Of a DNA stretch of 64,000 nucleotides, positions 1-11,344 are shown one piece after another. This stretch comes from Eledone cirrhosa (Eukaryota). The DNA lies in the NCBI GenBank assembly GCA_964016885.1, contig OZ024741.1, positions 272,490,001-272,554,000 on the forward strand, written 5' to 3'. The translations under genes and the position numbers were made by a program. The notes under the pieces were generated by a model. The model saw only the letters and a program-made list of their open reading frames with translations. It had not been told where the DNA came from and did not search any database. Each line of letters opens with the position of its first letter. Position 1 is the stretch's first letter.

Positions 1-765
1 AATTAGAAATAAGAGGGATCAGATGTTGTTTACTCGAGAGAAGGCTACGTTGGTACGGTCACGTGATGCGCATGAAAGACGACAGCTGTATAACAAAGTG
101 CAGGGCAATAAAGATAGACGGTAGCCACGGAGTAGGCAGACCCAGAAAAACCTGGGACGAGCTGATAAATTCCGACCTCACACGCTTACACCTCTCCAAG
201 ACAATGTCACTGGACCGAGACCTTTGGCGGTACTCAGTAATAGAGAAGACCCGCCTTACCTAAATACAAAGTAAAAACCTACTACAGTCAGTAGGCATCT
301 CTATCAAAACACACCACGTCCCACCACCTCCACCCCATCCACACCGCCCCTTTCAATGTAAAGTTATGTTGGTCCCACAACATCCAGGCCGAAACAAATG
401 AGATCGTGTAGGTATCACGACAAAAAAACACACAGTCCACGCTGTAAATGTGGCCGTGTAGGCAACACGGTAAAAACCTCCCAGCCCCACACTGTAAATG
501 TGGTTGGTGTTAGGAAGGGCATCCAGCTGTAGAAAACCCGCCAGACAGTCTACGCTGTAATGTGGCCGTGTAGGCAACACGGTAAAAACCTCCCAGCCCC
601 ACACTGTAAATGTGGTTGGTGTTAGGAAGGGCATCCAACTGTAGAAAACCCGCCAGACAGTCCTATGCGAGCAAGACAACCACTCTTGCCTCAAGTGGGA
701 AAACCCCCGTCCAAACCCATGCAAGCGTGGAACACGGACGCTAAACCTGATGATGATGATGATGA
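1..765 (+). mobile_element. 3' end of RTE-clade LINE (family A): ORF C-terminus, 3' UTR with internal ~113-bp duplication, (TGA)n tail
   Basis: Frame reads RRLRWYGHVMRMKDDSCITKCRAIKIDGSHGVGRPRKTWDELINSDL; near-identical to the - strand copies at 36061-37517 and 40006-43560; segment ~435-550 repeats at ~551-663; ends in tgatgatgat. Confidence 0.9.
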
Positions 766-788
766 TATATATATATATATACACATAT

Positions 789-853
<65 letters not shown>

Positions 854-854
854 A

Positions 855-1207
855 TGGAGGCACATGGCTTAGTGGTTAGAGCATTGGCCTTGCAATCGAA
901 AGGTTGTGAGTTCAATTCTCAGACCGGGTGATGTGTTGTTTCCTTGAGCAAGACACTTTATTTCACATTGCTCCAGTTTACTCAGCTGTAGAAATGAGAT
1001 GATAGGGACTGGGGTCCATATCAGTCCACTGCAAAGTGGTCGTGGAGGTGCCACGGCAAAAAAGCACCCAGCACTCACTGTAAATGAGGTTGGTGTTAGG
1101 AAGGGCATCCAGCTGTAGAAATCAAGCCAGAATTAGTTCTCGTCCCACCCTTGCAAGCAGGGAAAAGCGGACGTAAAATGATGATGATGATGATGATGAT
1201 GATGATG
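855..1207 (+). mobile_element. tRNA-derived CORE-type SINE with RTE-derived 3' tail
   Basis: A box tggcttagtggttag, B box gagttcaattctc, CORE-like ccttgagcaagacactt; tail ccgtcccacccttgcaagcaggg...aaaatgatgatg matches the family B RTE 3' end; other copies at 54522-54910 and 56395-56703. Confidence 0.85.
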
Positions 1208-1394
1208 TGTGTGTATATATATAGATATATAGATATATACATATATACACATATATATATATATATAATATATATATACATATACACATATATATATATA
1301 TATAATATATATATACATATACACATATATATATATATATAATATATATATACATATACACACATATATATATATATAAATATATATATATATA

Positions 1395-3487
1395 TTAAAA
1401 TAACAGATTAAAGTTTCACCCTTAACAGGATCTTCTGAAACTAACAAAGTCAATCTGTGAACGGTTGCAACCGGAGGAAGACAGGAAGATGATACTTTGG
1501 TTCGTGGAAACGTTCCCTGGCAAAGAACGGGAAAAAACGAATATAATACGTCATTATTTGGAGCGGTGAAAAACAATTACACGCAAAGACAGAACCACGT
1601 TTATGGTATAAAAGAAGTCGTAGACTAATATTCTATTAGGTGGTTCATAGAGACGTTGTCTGGCAATGAATGGAAAAAACGAAGATAATACGTCATATGT
1701 GGAGCGTGGAGAACAATTGCACGCAAAGACAAAACCACGTAAATGGTATAGCAGAAGTTGTAGACTAAAATTCTAACTAGGAAACTGAATGATTCTCGGC
1801 TTCAGAGTTATGTGTAAAGTAAATAAAATAGAGGGAATTGAAATTAAATAAATACATACACGCATCCATATATGTACATACACAAGCATACGCGAAAACA
1901 GTCGCTATAGGCATACAAGTACACGCACATAGACCCCCCCCCCCAAAAAAAAAACCCCGCACGCACATACAGAACCCACACAATGCCTGTACCCGCATGC
2001 ATACGAATGTATAGTATACACCAAATACACATAAAAATATATATAAATAAAAAATATATGTGTGTGTGTGTGCGTGTATACATATAATTAAATAAACGTA
2101 TATAAATGAATAAATACGTATATAACAAACACACACACATACCTACATGTAAATACACATATGTTCGGAGACGTATGTCAACCAAAACACAAAGTACACA
2201 TATACATACGTACGAACCCGCATACTCACACAGTCGCAAAACTCACGTATACACATAACCAAAAGCATATGTACCAGAATATATAATATATACGCCATAA
2301 CATATACAATCAAATATACGTACGAGAAAGTATAGTACCTTCACAAAACATACAGGTAATATATACTTACCTATACAAATAAGTAATGGTATAAAGATAA
2401 CATATACTTAGCTACCACATCAAGACGTAAAATATCCGTGTATAGTTTGTACTATCCATTAGGGTATAATGTGGGGCTGTAATACAGGAAAGTTTTGTGC
2501 AATTTATGTTTACAAGCCGAAATTGCCTCAGATTTTTTTTGTTTAAGATGTGGTCTTTGGCGTAGTATTTCCAAGGCCTCAGCGGTGTAGAGGTCACATA
2601 GTCTTTTATTTCCATTATATGATCTAGCCCTGGCTAGGATCTCCCAGTGCAACATATATTGGGTGTGGTTGTCTTTTAGACTCCAGATATAAGCTGAAAG
2701 TGACGTCATATTCCTTCTTAAAGAGTTACGAAAAGAATGGGTATGCATGTAAAGACGCTGCTTGAATCTATTGGCGGTTAACCCTATGTAGGCCCTACGG
2801 GACGTGGGTGTTTCAACCTTACATTTGTAGACAATGTTACTAGAGAGGCATTTCCTGGATAGGGGGCAGTCAACCCGATTCCTACAAATACAGTTAGTAC
2901 TAACTACAGGGTTGCACGTGTTCCTACGGCTAGGTAGTTTAGCTAAATTTGAAGCTGTGATGTTATGTGCAAGGTTAGGAGTCGTAGAGTAAGAAATTTT
3001 AATAGTATTTCTATTAAAAATTTTACTATATTTATGTGTAGGGGGAAAATGTTTCATAATAAGGGAGAGAAAGATCTTAGCTAATGGGGTGGCCGCCTCC
3101 ATATTATATGGTGGGTTATACCATATAATGCGTCGGGATCTATTTCTTCTAGGGCTATTCTCGTACTCTGTATATGCTACCAATCGGCAAATCCACTCCG
3201 AGCAAGAGCTTCATTGTAATATGTGGAATGGTCGTTGAAAATATGCTCGTTAGTCGATAGACGGGAAAGCCTCAAAGAAACATTTCTTACCAGGTTCTTG
3301 GTTATGCTGGCAGGATGGTTAGAATGCTATATATATATTGTTTTAAGGCTAAATATGTGTGTGTTGTTGTTGCAGGGACCTATGATGTTATCACTATATC
3401 TGGAGGGTTTGGTCCTGGTCATATCACCTGTGAAGCTGTACCGGAGATGATTGATTTAGTCAAACCAGGTAATGTTAACTCCAATCA
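1395..3487 (-). mobile_element. Penelope-like element remnant: RT C-terminus, GIY-YIG endonuclease and 3' non-coding region
   Basis: ORF 2452-3183: IIWYNPPY, FNRNTIKISYS, CICRNRVDCPL..C...IVYKC...YIGLT..FKQR; upstream frame HSNHPASITKNL...YNEALARSG; no RT catalytic core visible; lower boundary approximate. Confidence 0.85.
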
Positions 3488-6400
3488 TCATCTATTTGTT
3501 GTTGTTAGTGGCATTGGTGTTGTTGGTGTTGGTATGATGGTGGTATTGTTGGCAGTGGTGTTGTTGGTGGTGGTGTGGTGTTGATGGTGTGGTGTTGGTG
3601 GTGGTATGATGGTGGTATTGTTGGCACTGGTGTTGTTGGTGGTGGTGTGGTGTTGATGGTGTGGTGTTGGTGGTGGTATGATGGTGGTATTGTTGGCAGT
3701 GGTGTTGTTGGTGGTGGTGTGGTGTTGGTGGTGGTATGATGGTGGTATTGTTGGCAGTGGTGTTGTTGGTGGTGGTGTGGTGTTGATATTGGTGTGGTGT
3801 TGGTGGTGGTATGATGGTGGTATTGTTGGCACTGGTGTTGTTGGTGGTGGTGTGGTGTTGATATTGGTGTGGTGTTGGTGGTGGTATGATGGTGGTATTG
3901 TTGGCAGTGGTGTTGTTGGTGGTGGTGTGGTGTTGATGGTGTGGTGTTGGTGGTGGTATGATGGTGGTATTGTTGGCAGTGGTGTTGTTGGTGGTGGTGT
4001 GGTGTTGATGGTGTGGTGTTGGTGGTGGTATGATGGTGGTATTGTTGGCACTGGTGTTGTTGGTGGTGGTGTGGTGTTGATATTGGTGTGGTGTTGGTGG
4101 TGGTATGATGGTGGTATTGTTGGCAGTGGTGTTGTTGGTACTGTTGTCGGTGGTGGTGTGGTGTTGATGTTGGTGTGGTGTTGATGGTGGTGTGGTGTTG
4201 GTATGATGGTGGTATTGTTGGCAGTGGTGTTGTTGGTGGTGGTGTGGTGTTGATGGTGGTATGATGGTGGTATTGTTGGCAGTGGTGTTGTTGGTGGTGG
4301 TGTGGTGTTGATGGTGTGGTGTTGGTGGTGGTATGATGGTGGTATTGTTGGCAGTGGTGTTGTTGGTACTGTTGTCGGTGGTGGTGTGGTGTGGTGTTGA
4401 TGGTGGTGTGGTGTTGGTATGATGGTTGTATTGTTGGCAGTGGTGTTGTTGGTGGTGGTGTGGCTTTGATGGTGGTGTGGTGTTGATGTTGGTATGGTGT
4501 TGGTGGTGGTGTGGTGTTGATGGTGGTGTGGTGTTGATGTTGGTGTTGGTATGATGGTGGTATTGTTGGCAGTGGTGTTGGTGGTGGCGTGGTGTTGATG
4601 GTGGTGTGGTGTTGATGTTGGTGTTGATATGATGGTGGTATTGTTGGCAGTGGTGTTGTTGGTACTGTTGTCGGTGGTGGTGTGGTGTTGGTATGATGGT
4701 GGTATTGTTGGCAGTGGTGTTGTTGGTGGTGTGGTGTTGATGTTGGGGTTGGTATGATGGTGGTATTGTTGGCAGTGGTGTTGTTGGTACTGTTGTCGGT
4801 GGTGGTGTGGTGTTGATGGTGGTGTAGTATTGATGGTGGTGTGGTGTTGATGTTGGTGTGGTGTTGGTGGTGGTGTGGTGTTGATGGTGTGGTGTTGGTG
4901 GTGGTGTGGTGTTGATGGTGGTGTGGTGTTGATGTTGGCGTGGTGTTGATGGTGGTGTGGTGTTGGTAGTGGTGTGGTGTTGATGGTGTGGTGTTGGTGG
5001 TGGTGTGGTGTTGATGTTGGTGTTGGTATGATTGTGTATTGTTGGCAGTGGTGTGGTGTGATGTTGATGGTGGTATTGTTGGCAGTGGTGTTGTGGTGGT
5101 GGTGTAGTATTGATGGTGGTGTGGTGTTGATGGTGGTGTGGTGTTGATGGTGTGGTGTTGATGTTGGTGTTGGTATGATGGTGGTATTGTTGGCGGTGGT
5201 GTTGTTGGTGGTGGTGTGGTGTGGTGTTGATGTTGGTGTTGATATGATGGTGGTATTGTTGGCAGTGGTGGTGTGGTGTGGTGTTGGTATGATGGTGGTA
5301 TTGTTGGCAGTGGTGTTGTTGGTACTGTTGTCGGTGGTGGTGTGGTGTTGATGGTGGTGTGGTGTTGGTGGTGGTTTGGTGTTGATGGTGGTGTGGTGTT
5401 GATGGTGGTGTGGTGTTGATGGTGTGGTGTTGATGTTGGTGTTGGTATGATAGTGGTATTGTTGTCATTGGTGTTGTTGGTGGTGGTGTGGTGTTGATGG
5501 TGGTATAGTATTGATGGTGGTGTGGTGTTGATGTTGGTATGGTGTTGGTGGTGGTGTGGTGTTGATGGTGGTGTGGTGTTGATGGTGGTGTGGTGTTGAT
5601 GGTGTGGTGTTGGTATGATGGTGGTATTGTTGGCAGTGGTGTTGGTGGTGGTGTGGTGTTGATATTGGTGTGGTGTTGATGGTGGTGTGGTGTTGATGTT
5701 GGTGTTGGTATGATGGTGGTATTGTTGGCAGTGGTGTTGTTGGTGGTGTGGTGTTCATGGTGGTGTTGGTATGATGGTGGTATTGTTGGCAGTAGTGTTG
5801 TTGGTGGTGGTATGGTGTTGATGGCGGTGTGGTGTTGTTAGTGTTGGTATGATGGTGGTATTGTTGGCAGTGGTTTTGTTGGTACTGTTGTTGGTGGTGG
5901 TGTGGTGTTGATGGTGGTGTGGTGTGGTGTTGATGTTGGTGATGGTATGATGGTGGTATTGTTGGCAGTAGTGTTGTTGGTGGTGGTGTGGTGTTGATGG
6001 TGGTGTGGTGTGGTGTTGATGTTGGTGTTGGTATGATGGTGGTATTGTTGGCAGTAGTGTTGTTGATACTGTTGTTGGTGGTGGTGTGGTGTTGTTAGTG
6101 TTGGTATGATGGTGGTATTGTTGGCAGTAGTGTTGTTGATACTGTTGTTGGTGGTGGTGTGGTGTTGTTAGTGTTGGTATGATGGTGGTATTGTTGGCAG
6201 TAGTGTTGTTGATACTGTTGTTAGTGGTGGTGTGGTGTTGATGTTGTTGGCAGAGTTGTTGCTGGTGTTGGCAGTGCTTTGGTGTTGTTTTTGTTAGTGG
6301 CATTGGTGTTGTTGTTATTGGTGATGGTGTTTCTGTTGTTGGTGTTAGTGGTGGTGTTGTTTGTATTAATGTTGCTGTTGGTGTTAGTGTTGTTATTGTG
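3488..6400. repeat. Irregular TG-rich low-complexity array (ggtatgatggtggtattgttggcagtggtgttgttggt and ggtgtggtgttg modules)
   Basis: About 2.9 kb of almost only G and T on the + strand with recurring 30-75 bp modules. Confidence 0.95.
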
Positions 6401-6560
6401 AAAGTAGCATGGTTAAAAGGTTTACTTCACAACGATTAGGTCTTAGGTTCAATCTCATTGTGTAATATCTTGGACAAATGTTATTTACCATAACCATAAG
6501 TGACCCCAGCCATGTGAGTAAAATTTGCTAGACAGAAACTGTGTGGACGCCTGTTGAATA
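6400..6560 (+). mobile_element. Degenerate tRNA-derived CORE-like SINE
   Basis: ggttaaaaggtttacttc...ggttcaatctc...cttggacaaatg...gtgagtaaaatttgctagacagaaactg; related decayed copy at about 22600-22750. Confidence 0.55.
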
Positions 6561-6949
6561 TAATACCAGTGATTTAATGGACTAGGACTTTAGAAGTTAA
6601 GTGCTGTTTACCTTACCATTTATACAAGGGTTGGCTGAATAGTTCATAGGCTGATCAAGGTACTTTCATGAGGTTTATTCTTCAGCATAGAGTCCAACAC
6701 ATGCAAGCATGGAAAAGCGGACATAAAAACTATGATGATGATGATGGAAAGTCCCTGGAAAGAAACTAGTTATTAATAAGAAAAGTTGAAATTAATGCAT
6801 GCAAGATTTCACAGTCCTAGCATCATTGAGTGTTGGTGTGTGTGAGTGGTGTGTGTGTTTGCATGAGTGTTGGTGTGTGAGTGAGTATGTGTGTGTGTCG
6901 TACGTATAAATGTCAATAAGTGATTATTATTATTTTTATTTTTTTTGCA

Positions 6950-7225
6950 CGGGGACATAGAAATAATCGGGCTGGATACCCGATCGCGTAGTTAAACCAC
7001 TGGGAGTGAAGGACCCCTAGCCCTTCAGGGCATTCTTCTAGGAGAAGGCATCTCAGGAAACTGGGTTAACTCCAAAATAAAACCTGCAGCTCAGTAGTTA
7101 CTGTTGATGTTGATCTTTTCTTCTTTTCAGGTTATAGCTACTGTCGCTCAGAGAGTGGGATTGGCTCAGTGCACAGTCTTTCCTCACTTTAAAAATATTC
7201 TTCACGCACAGGCATTGCATGATTG
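6950..7225 (+). mobile_element. Probable RTE LINE 5' UTR fragment
   Basis: GC-richer island with ctaggagaagg...aaacctgc and ctttcctcactttaaaaa motifs recalled from RTE 5' regions; no ORF. Confidence 0.4.
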
Positions 7226-7429
7226 CATTAATTAATAATTATTAATAGTGTTATTATTATTGTTATTATTGTTATGACCATGCTGTAAAATGGAGGGGTA
7301 GAGAGGGCCCTTGAGTCCAGTAAGACATCGTCTCTAGTGTTGGTGGCACGAATAAAAGCACTCGGTCCATGCTGTAAAGTGGCACTGGTGTTAGGAAGGG
7401 CATCCAACCAGTGTATTAATGCCAAAACA

Positions 7430-7825
<396 letters not shown>

Positions 7826-8545
7826 AGAAGTCAGATTTGCAATTTGTTATGAAACTTTATTTCATACTAGACCACCCGTGACCTGTTGCGTCACGTTCAC
7901 TTCAAAATATTTAAAAAAAGTCATGTTCACTTAAAAATAGTTTTTAAATAATTAAAATATACACAGACATGTATATAATGTGAAATGAAACTGTGTATGT
8001 ATCATCAAATGTGTGTGTGTATGCATATATGTGTGTGTATGTGTGTATATGTGTGTGTATATATATGTGGGTGTCTGTGATCTATATACACTGGTCATAG
8101 ACACACACACACACATATATTTACACAACAAGAACACCAGCTTGCTCTCTCTCTCCCTCTCTTCCATTCTCCTTCTCTGTCTCTTCTCCCTCTCTCTATG
8201 TCTCTCTTTCAATCTATTCTCTCACAACCACTATCTCTTTCTCTCTAGCTTTCTCTCTCTTTTTCTGTTTATGAAGGTACCCCGTGCTTGGATTTACGTG
8301 AAACTTGTTTTATTCCATTTGTATTCCCATTTCAGGGTCAACTTCCTTTCAAAGTATTTTCCCATTAGGCACCCTTTTGGCTGTATTACATTACAGACAA
8401 GCAAGCAAGCAATCACAGAGTTTTAGTAGTATTTAGATTACAACTGTTTCAATATCAATCAGCTCAGGCTTGATCAGATTTACATGGGTAGTCCCCATCC
8501 AAACTTTTGGATGGGACTACCCATGTAAACTCGCATATCAGAAGA

Positions 8546-8698
8546 GGTGTTCAAAATTATTCATAATCAATTATTCTGAAAATAAATAATGAAATATAGT
8601 CACTGTTTTTATGAAGACAAGAGTGACAACGGAAGTAAAAAAAATTTGCATAAAATTAGCAGTTGAAAATTACGAACAAATATCGTCCGCACCCTGTA
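8546..8698 (-). mobile_element. Solo 5' terminal fragment of the maT (Tc1/mariner) transposon
   Basis: Near-identical to 39790-39940, including the TIR gaacaaatatcgtccgcaccctg followed by TA. Confidence 0.85.
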
Positions 8699-8709
8699 TA
8701 TATGTATGC

Positions 8710-8751
<42 letters not shown>

Positions 8752-8883
8752 CCATGAGGTTCAGCTGAAAAGTTCATAGGCTGACCAAGACACTCTCATG
8801 GAATGACCAAATGAGGTTTATTTGTTTTGTTTTTTTTGTTTTAGATTTCTTATTTCTTTCTTTTTTTTTCCTATTTTACACAG

Positions 8884-9068
8884 GTGGTTTCATATTCAAT
8901 ATAACGAGAAAAAATCACCTGGAGAACTTTGTAGAGTACAAAGACAAATGGGAACCTTACATTAAAAGTTTAGAAGATGCTGGAAAATGGCAAGAGATTA
9001 GCAGAACCATTTTTCGGAATTATTACTTTGAAAAAGATGGAATTATGTATATCCATGAAGTGTTATGA
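8884..9068 (+). CDS. METTL27: Last coding exon of a METTL27/WBSCR27-like SAM-dependent methyltransferase
   Basis: Polypyrimidine tract with acag acceptor ending at 8883; reads (G)GFIFNITRKNHLENFVEYKDKWEPYIKSLEDAGKWQEISRTIFRNYYFEKDGIMYIHEVL*; resembles my recollection of invertebrate METTL27-like C-termini; AATAAA at about 9540, 9939 and 9985. Confidence 0.65.
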
Positions 9069-9226
9069 GTTGATTTCAAGGGGAAAAACAAAACAAGAAC
9101 AAAAAAAAAAGGATAAAAGAAAAAGAAAAGATATACAAACTCTCTTTTAACAATTTTTAATCCTTTATTTTTTCCTTGTTTTTATTTTTGTATATTATTC
9201 TTATTGTTATTACTATTATTATTATC

Positions 9227-9288
<62 letters not shown>

Positions 9289-9885
9289 GGGGGTCGATTA
9301 AACAAAGTACCAGTAACGCACGGGGGTTGATTTAATCGACTTTCCCTTCCCCCCCAAAAAATATTGTCCTTGTGCCTAAATCAGAAACCATTATTATTGT
9401 TATGATGATTATTGGGTCAGTGGAATGTCAGAATTGGTAGAGCATCAGATAAAATGACATTGTAGTGTTTCTTCTTGTTCTTTATGTTCAGAGTTTAAAT
9501 CCTGTCAATGTCAAATTCACATTCCATCTTCTTGAGATCAATAAAATAAAACACTAGTCAAGTAGTGGAGCCTAAATAATCAATTTTCTCCAAAATAATT
9601 GCTGGCCTTGTACCCAAATTAAAAACCATTATTATTATTATTATTATTATTATTGTCAGGGCGCTGGGTTGGTAGTAATCGATAGAGCGTCGGACACCCT
9701 GCTTCGTGGCATAGAGTTATGTCCCTTTACATTCTGTGCTCAAATCTCACCAAGGTTAACTTTGCCTTTCATCCTTACGGGGTCGATAAAATAAAGTACC
9801 AGTCACGCACTGGGGGCGATTTAATCGACTTTCCCCTCCCCCAAAATTGCTGGCCTTGTACCCAAATTAAAAACCATTATTATTG
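9289..9885 (+). mobile_element. Head-to-tail cluster of tRNA-derived SINEs (second family, Meta-domain-like centre, (ATT)n tails)
   Basis: Repeated ttcaaat..gttaactttgcctttcatccttacggggtcgataaaataaagtaccagt..gctggccttgt..aaaccattatt; further copies near 10300, 10830, 28100, 31140, 58300, 60650 and 61310. Confidence 0.75.
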
Positions 9886-11019
9886 TTATTATTATTATTA
9901 TTATTATTTATTTTTTTTTTTTAAAAAGAGTATTTTTAAATAAAAGAAAGATATTTTTACATTAAAAATATTAAAAATATTAAAAATAAACCTATATTAA
10001 TATTCTCTTACACAAATGTTTGATCTATTTTCTTCAATTGATTTCTTGAAGAAAATCTTAATGTTGTTTTGTTTTTCAGATTTGGTTTTGTAATGATCAT
10101 TATAGTTAGTTATGGTATGGTATGGACCTGTAACTCCTGAGGGAGTCGTAGGGGCGCCATATTGACATACAGCATTTCTAGGACATTTTTTAAACCTGTC
10201 AGAACCCATCTCCTCTCCAGGTCTGAATATAGCAGATTTCTTCCAGAGAAGGATAGAGAGAGTGAGAAAAAGGAAGTGAGAAAGAGATATAGAGGAACAA
10301 TCGACCACAGTACTAGACTGGTACTTTTTATTATCAACCACGAATGGATGAAAGGCAAATTTGATCTCGGTGGGATTTGAACTCAGACAGCAGAGAGCTG
10401 AAATGAAGACAGCAAATTAGCAGAGTTGGTAGAGTGTCAGATTCAATGCCTCAGTATTTGTTCTGGCTGTTTGCATTCTGAGTTAAAATCTCGCCTTGAT
10501 TTACTTCACCTTTTATCTATTTGAAGTTAGTAAATAAAGTACCTGTCCATCAGGTGGTATCATCATCATCATCATCATTGTTTAACATCTATTTTCCACT
10601 TTAGCATGGGTTAGACAGGTTGTCCCGTTTGAGGCAAGTCGGGTCAGGTGACTATGTCTTGCTCATACAGAACTGTTTCTGGTTTGGTTTCAATGGCTGG
10701 ATGCCCTTCCTAATGCCAACCACTTTACAGTGTGTGCTGGGTGATTTTTGTTGTGACACCTACACGACCACTTTACAGTGTGTACTGGGTGATTTTTGTT
10801 GGTGAAATTGCTACTGGGTCAGATGGAGTGTTTTGCAGTATCTGATCTGGCTCTTTGCATTCTGAGTTCAAATCCTGCCAAGGTTAACTTTACCTCTAAT
10901 CTTTTCAAGTGTGATAAATAATGTATCTGGCCAATATGATGGATTGGCAGGAGCATTTGAGTAGCATTTTTTTTTAGGACCATTGTGTTTTGTGTTTGAC
11001 TACGACTGATGCCATGTTG

Positions 11020-11330
11020 TATCATTTGTTGCTTTTCCTAAGGACAACATTAAGTATATACATGTTGTAATGACACTGGGAAAAAGCTGAAGCTATCTGT
11101 TCTTTCTTCTGGACATTTTATATCATATAGCGTATATATACATAGTATATATACATGTAATGACACTATTGTTAAACTGTATCATCTGTTATCTTTCCCC
11201 TGGATGTATTATATACCATACAGTGTATATATATTTAGTATATATACATGTTGTAATGACACTGGAGCTAGACTGTATCATCTGTTGTCTTTCCTCTGGA
11301 CATTTTATATCATATAGTATATATACACAG
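11020..11330. repeat. Degenerate ~85-bp minisatellite (tgttgtaatgacactgg...tatctgttgcctttcctctggac)
   Basis: Several diverged units here; the same unit resumes at 14258-14445, 14830-14885, 15740-15860 and 20750-20810. Confidence 0.75.
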
Positions 11331-11344
11331 CCACTTATGTGTTT

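Noticed and set aside
855-925. Functional tRNA gene
   Set aside because: A and B boxes are present, but there is no full acceptor stem and the sequence continues into SINE core and tail in several copies
353-2239. YIYI/CVCV-rich ORFs here and at 17785, 22489-22982, 37481-37862, 50913-51292 and 55655-56021
   Set aside because: Translations of (TA)n, (CA)n and (TATG)n microsatellites
3492-6303. 658-aa and neighbouring Thr/His/Pro/Gln-rich ORFs as a mucin-like or His-rich protein gene
   Set aside because: The C/A-rich strand has few possible stop codons, several frames are open at once, and I see no splice signals or unique domain
8811-8883. N-terminal part of ORF 8811-9068 as a signal peptide
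   Set aside because: It is the intronic polypyrimidine tract before the acceptor at 8883
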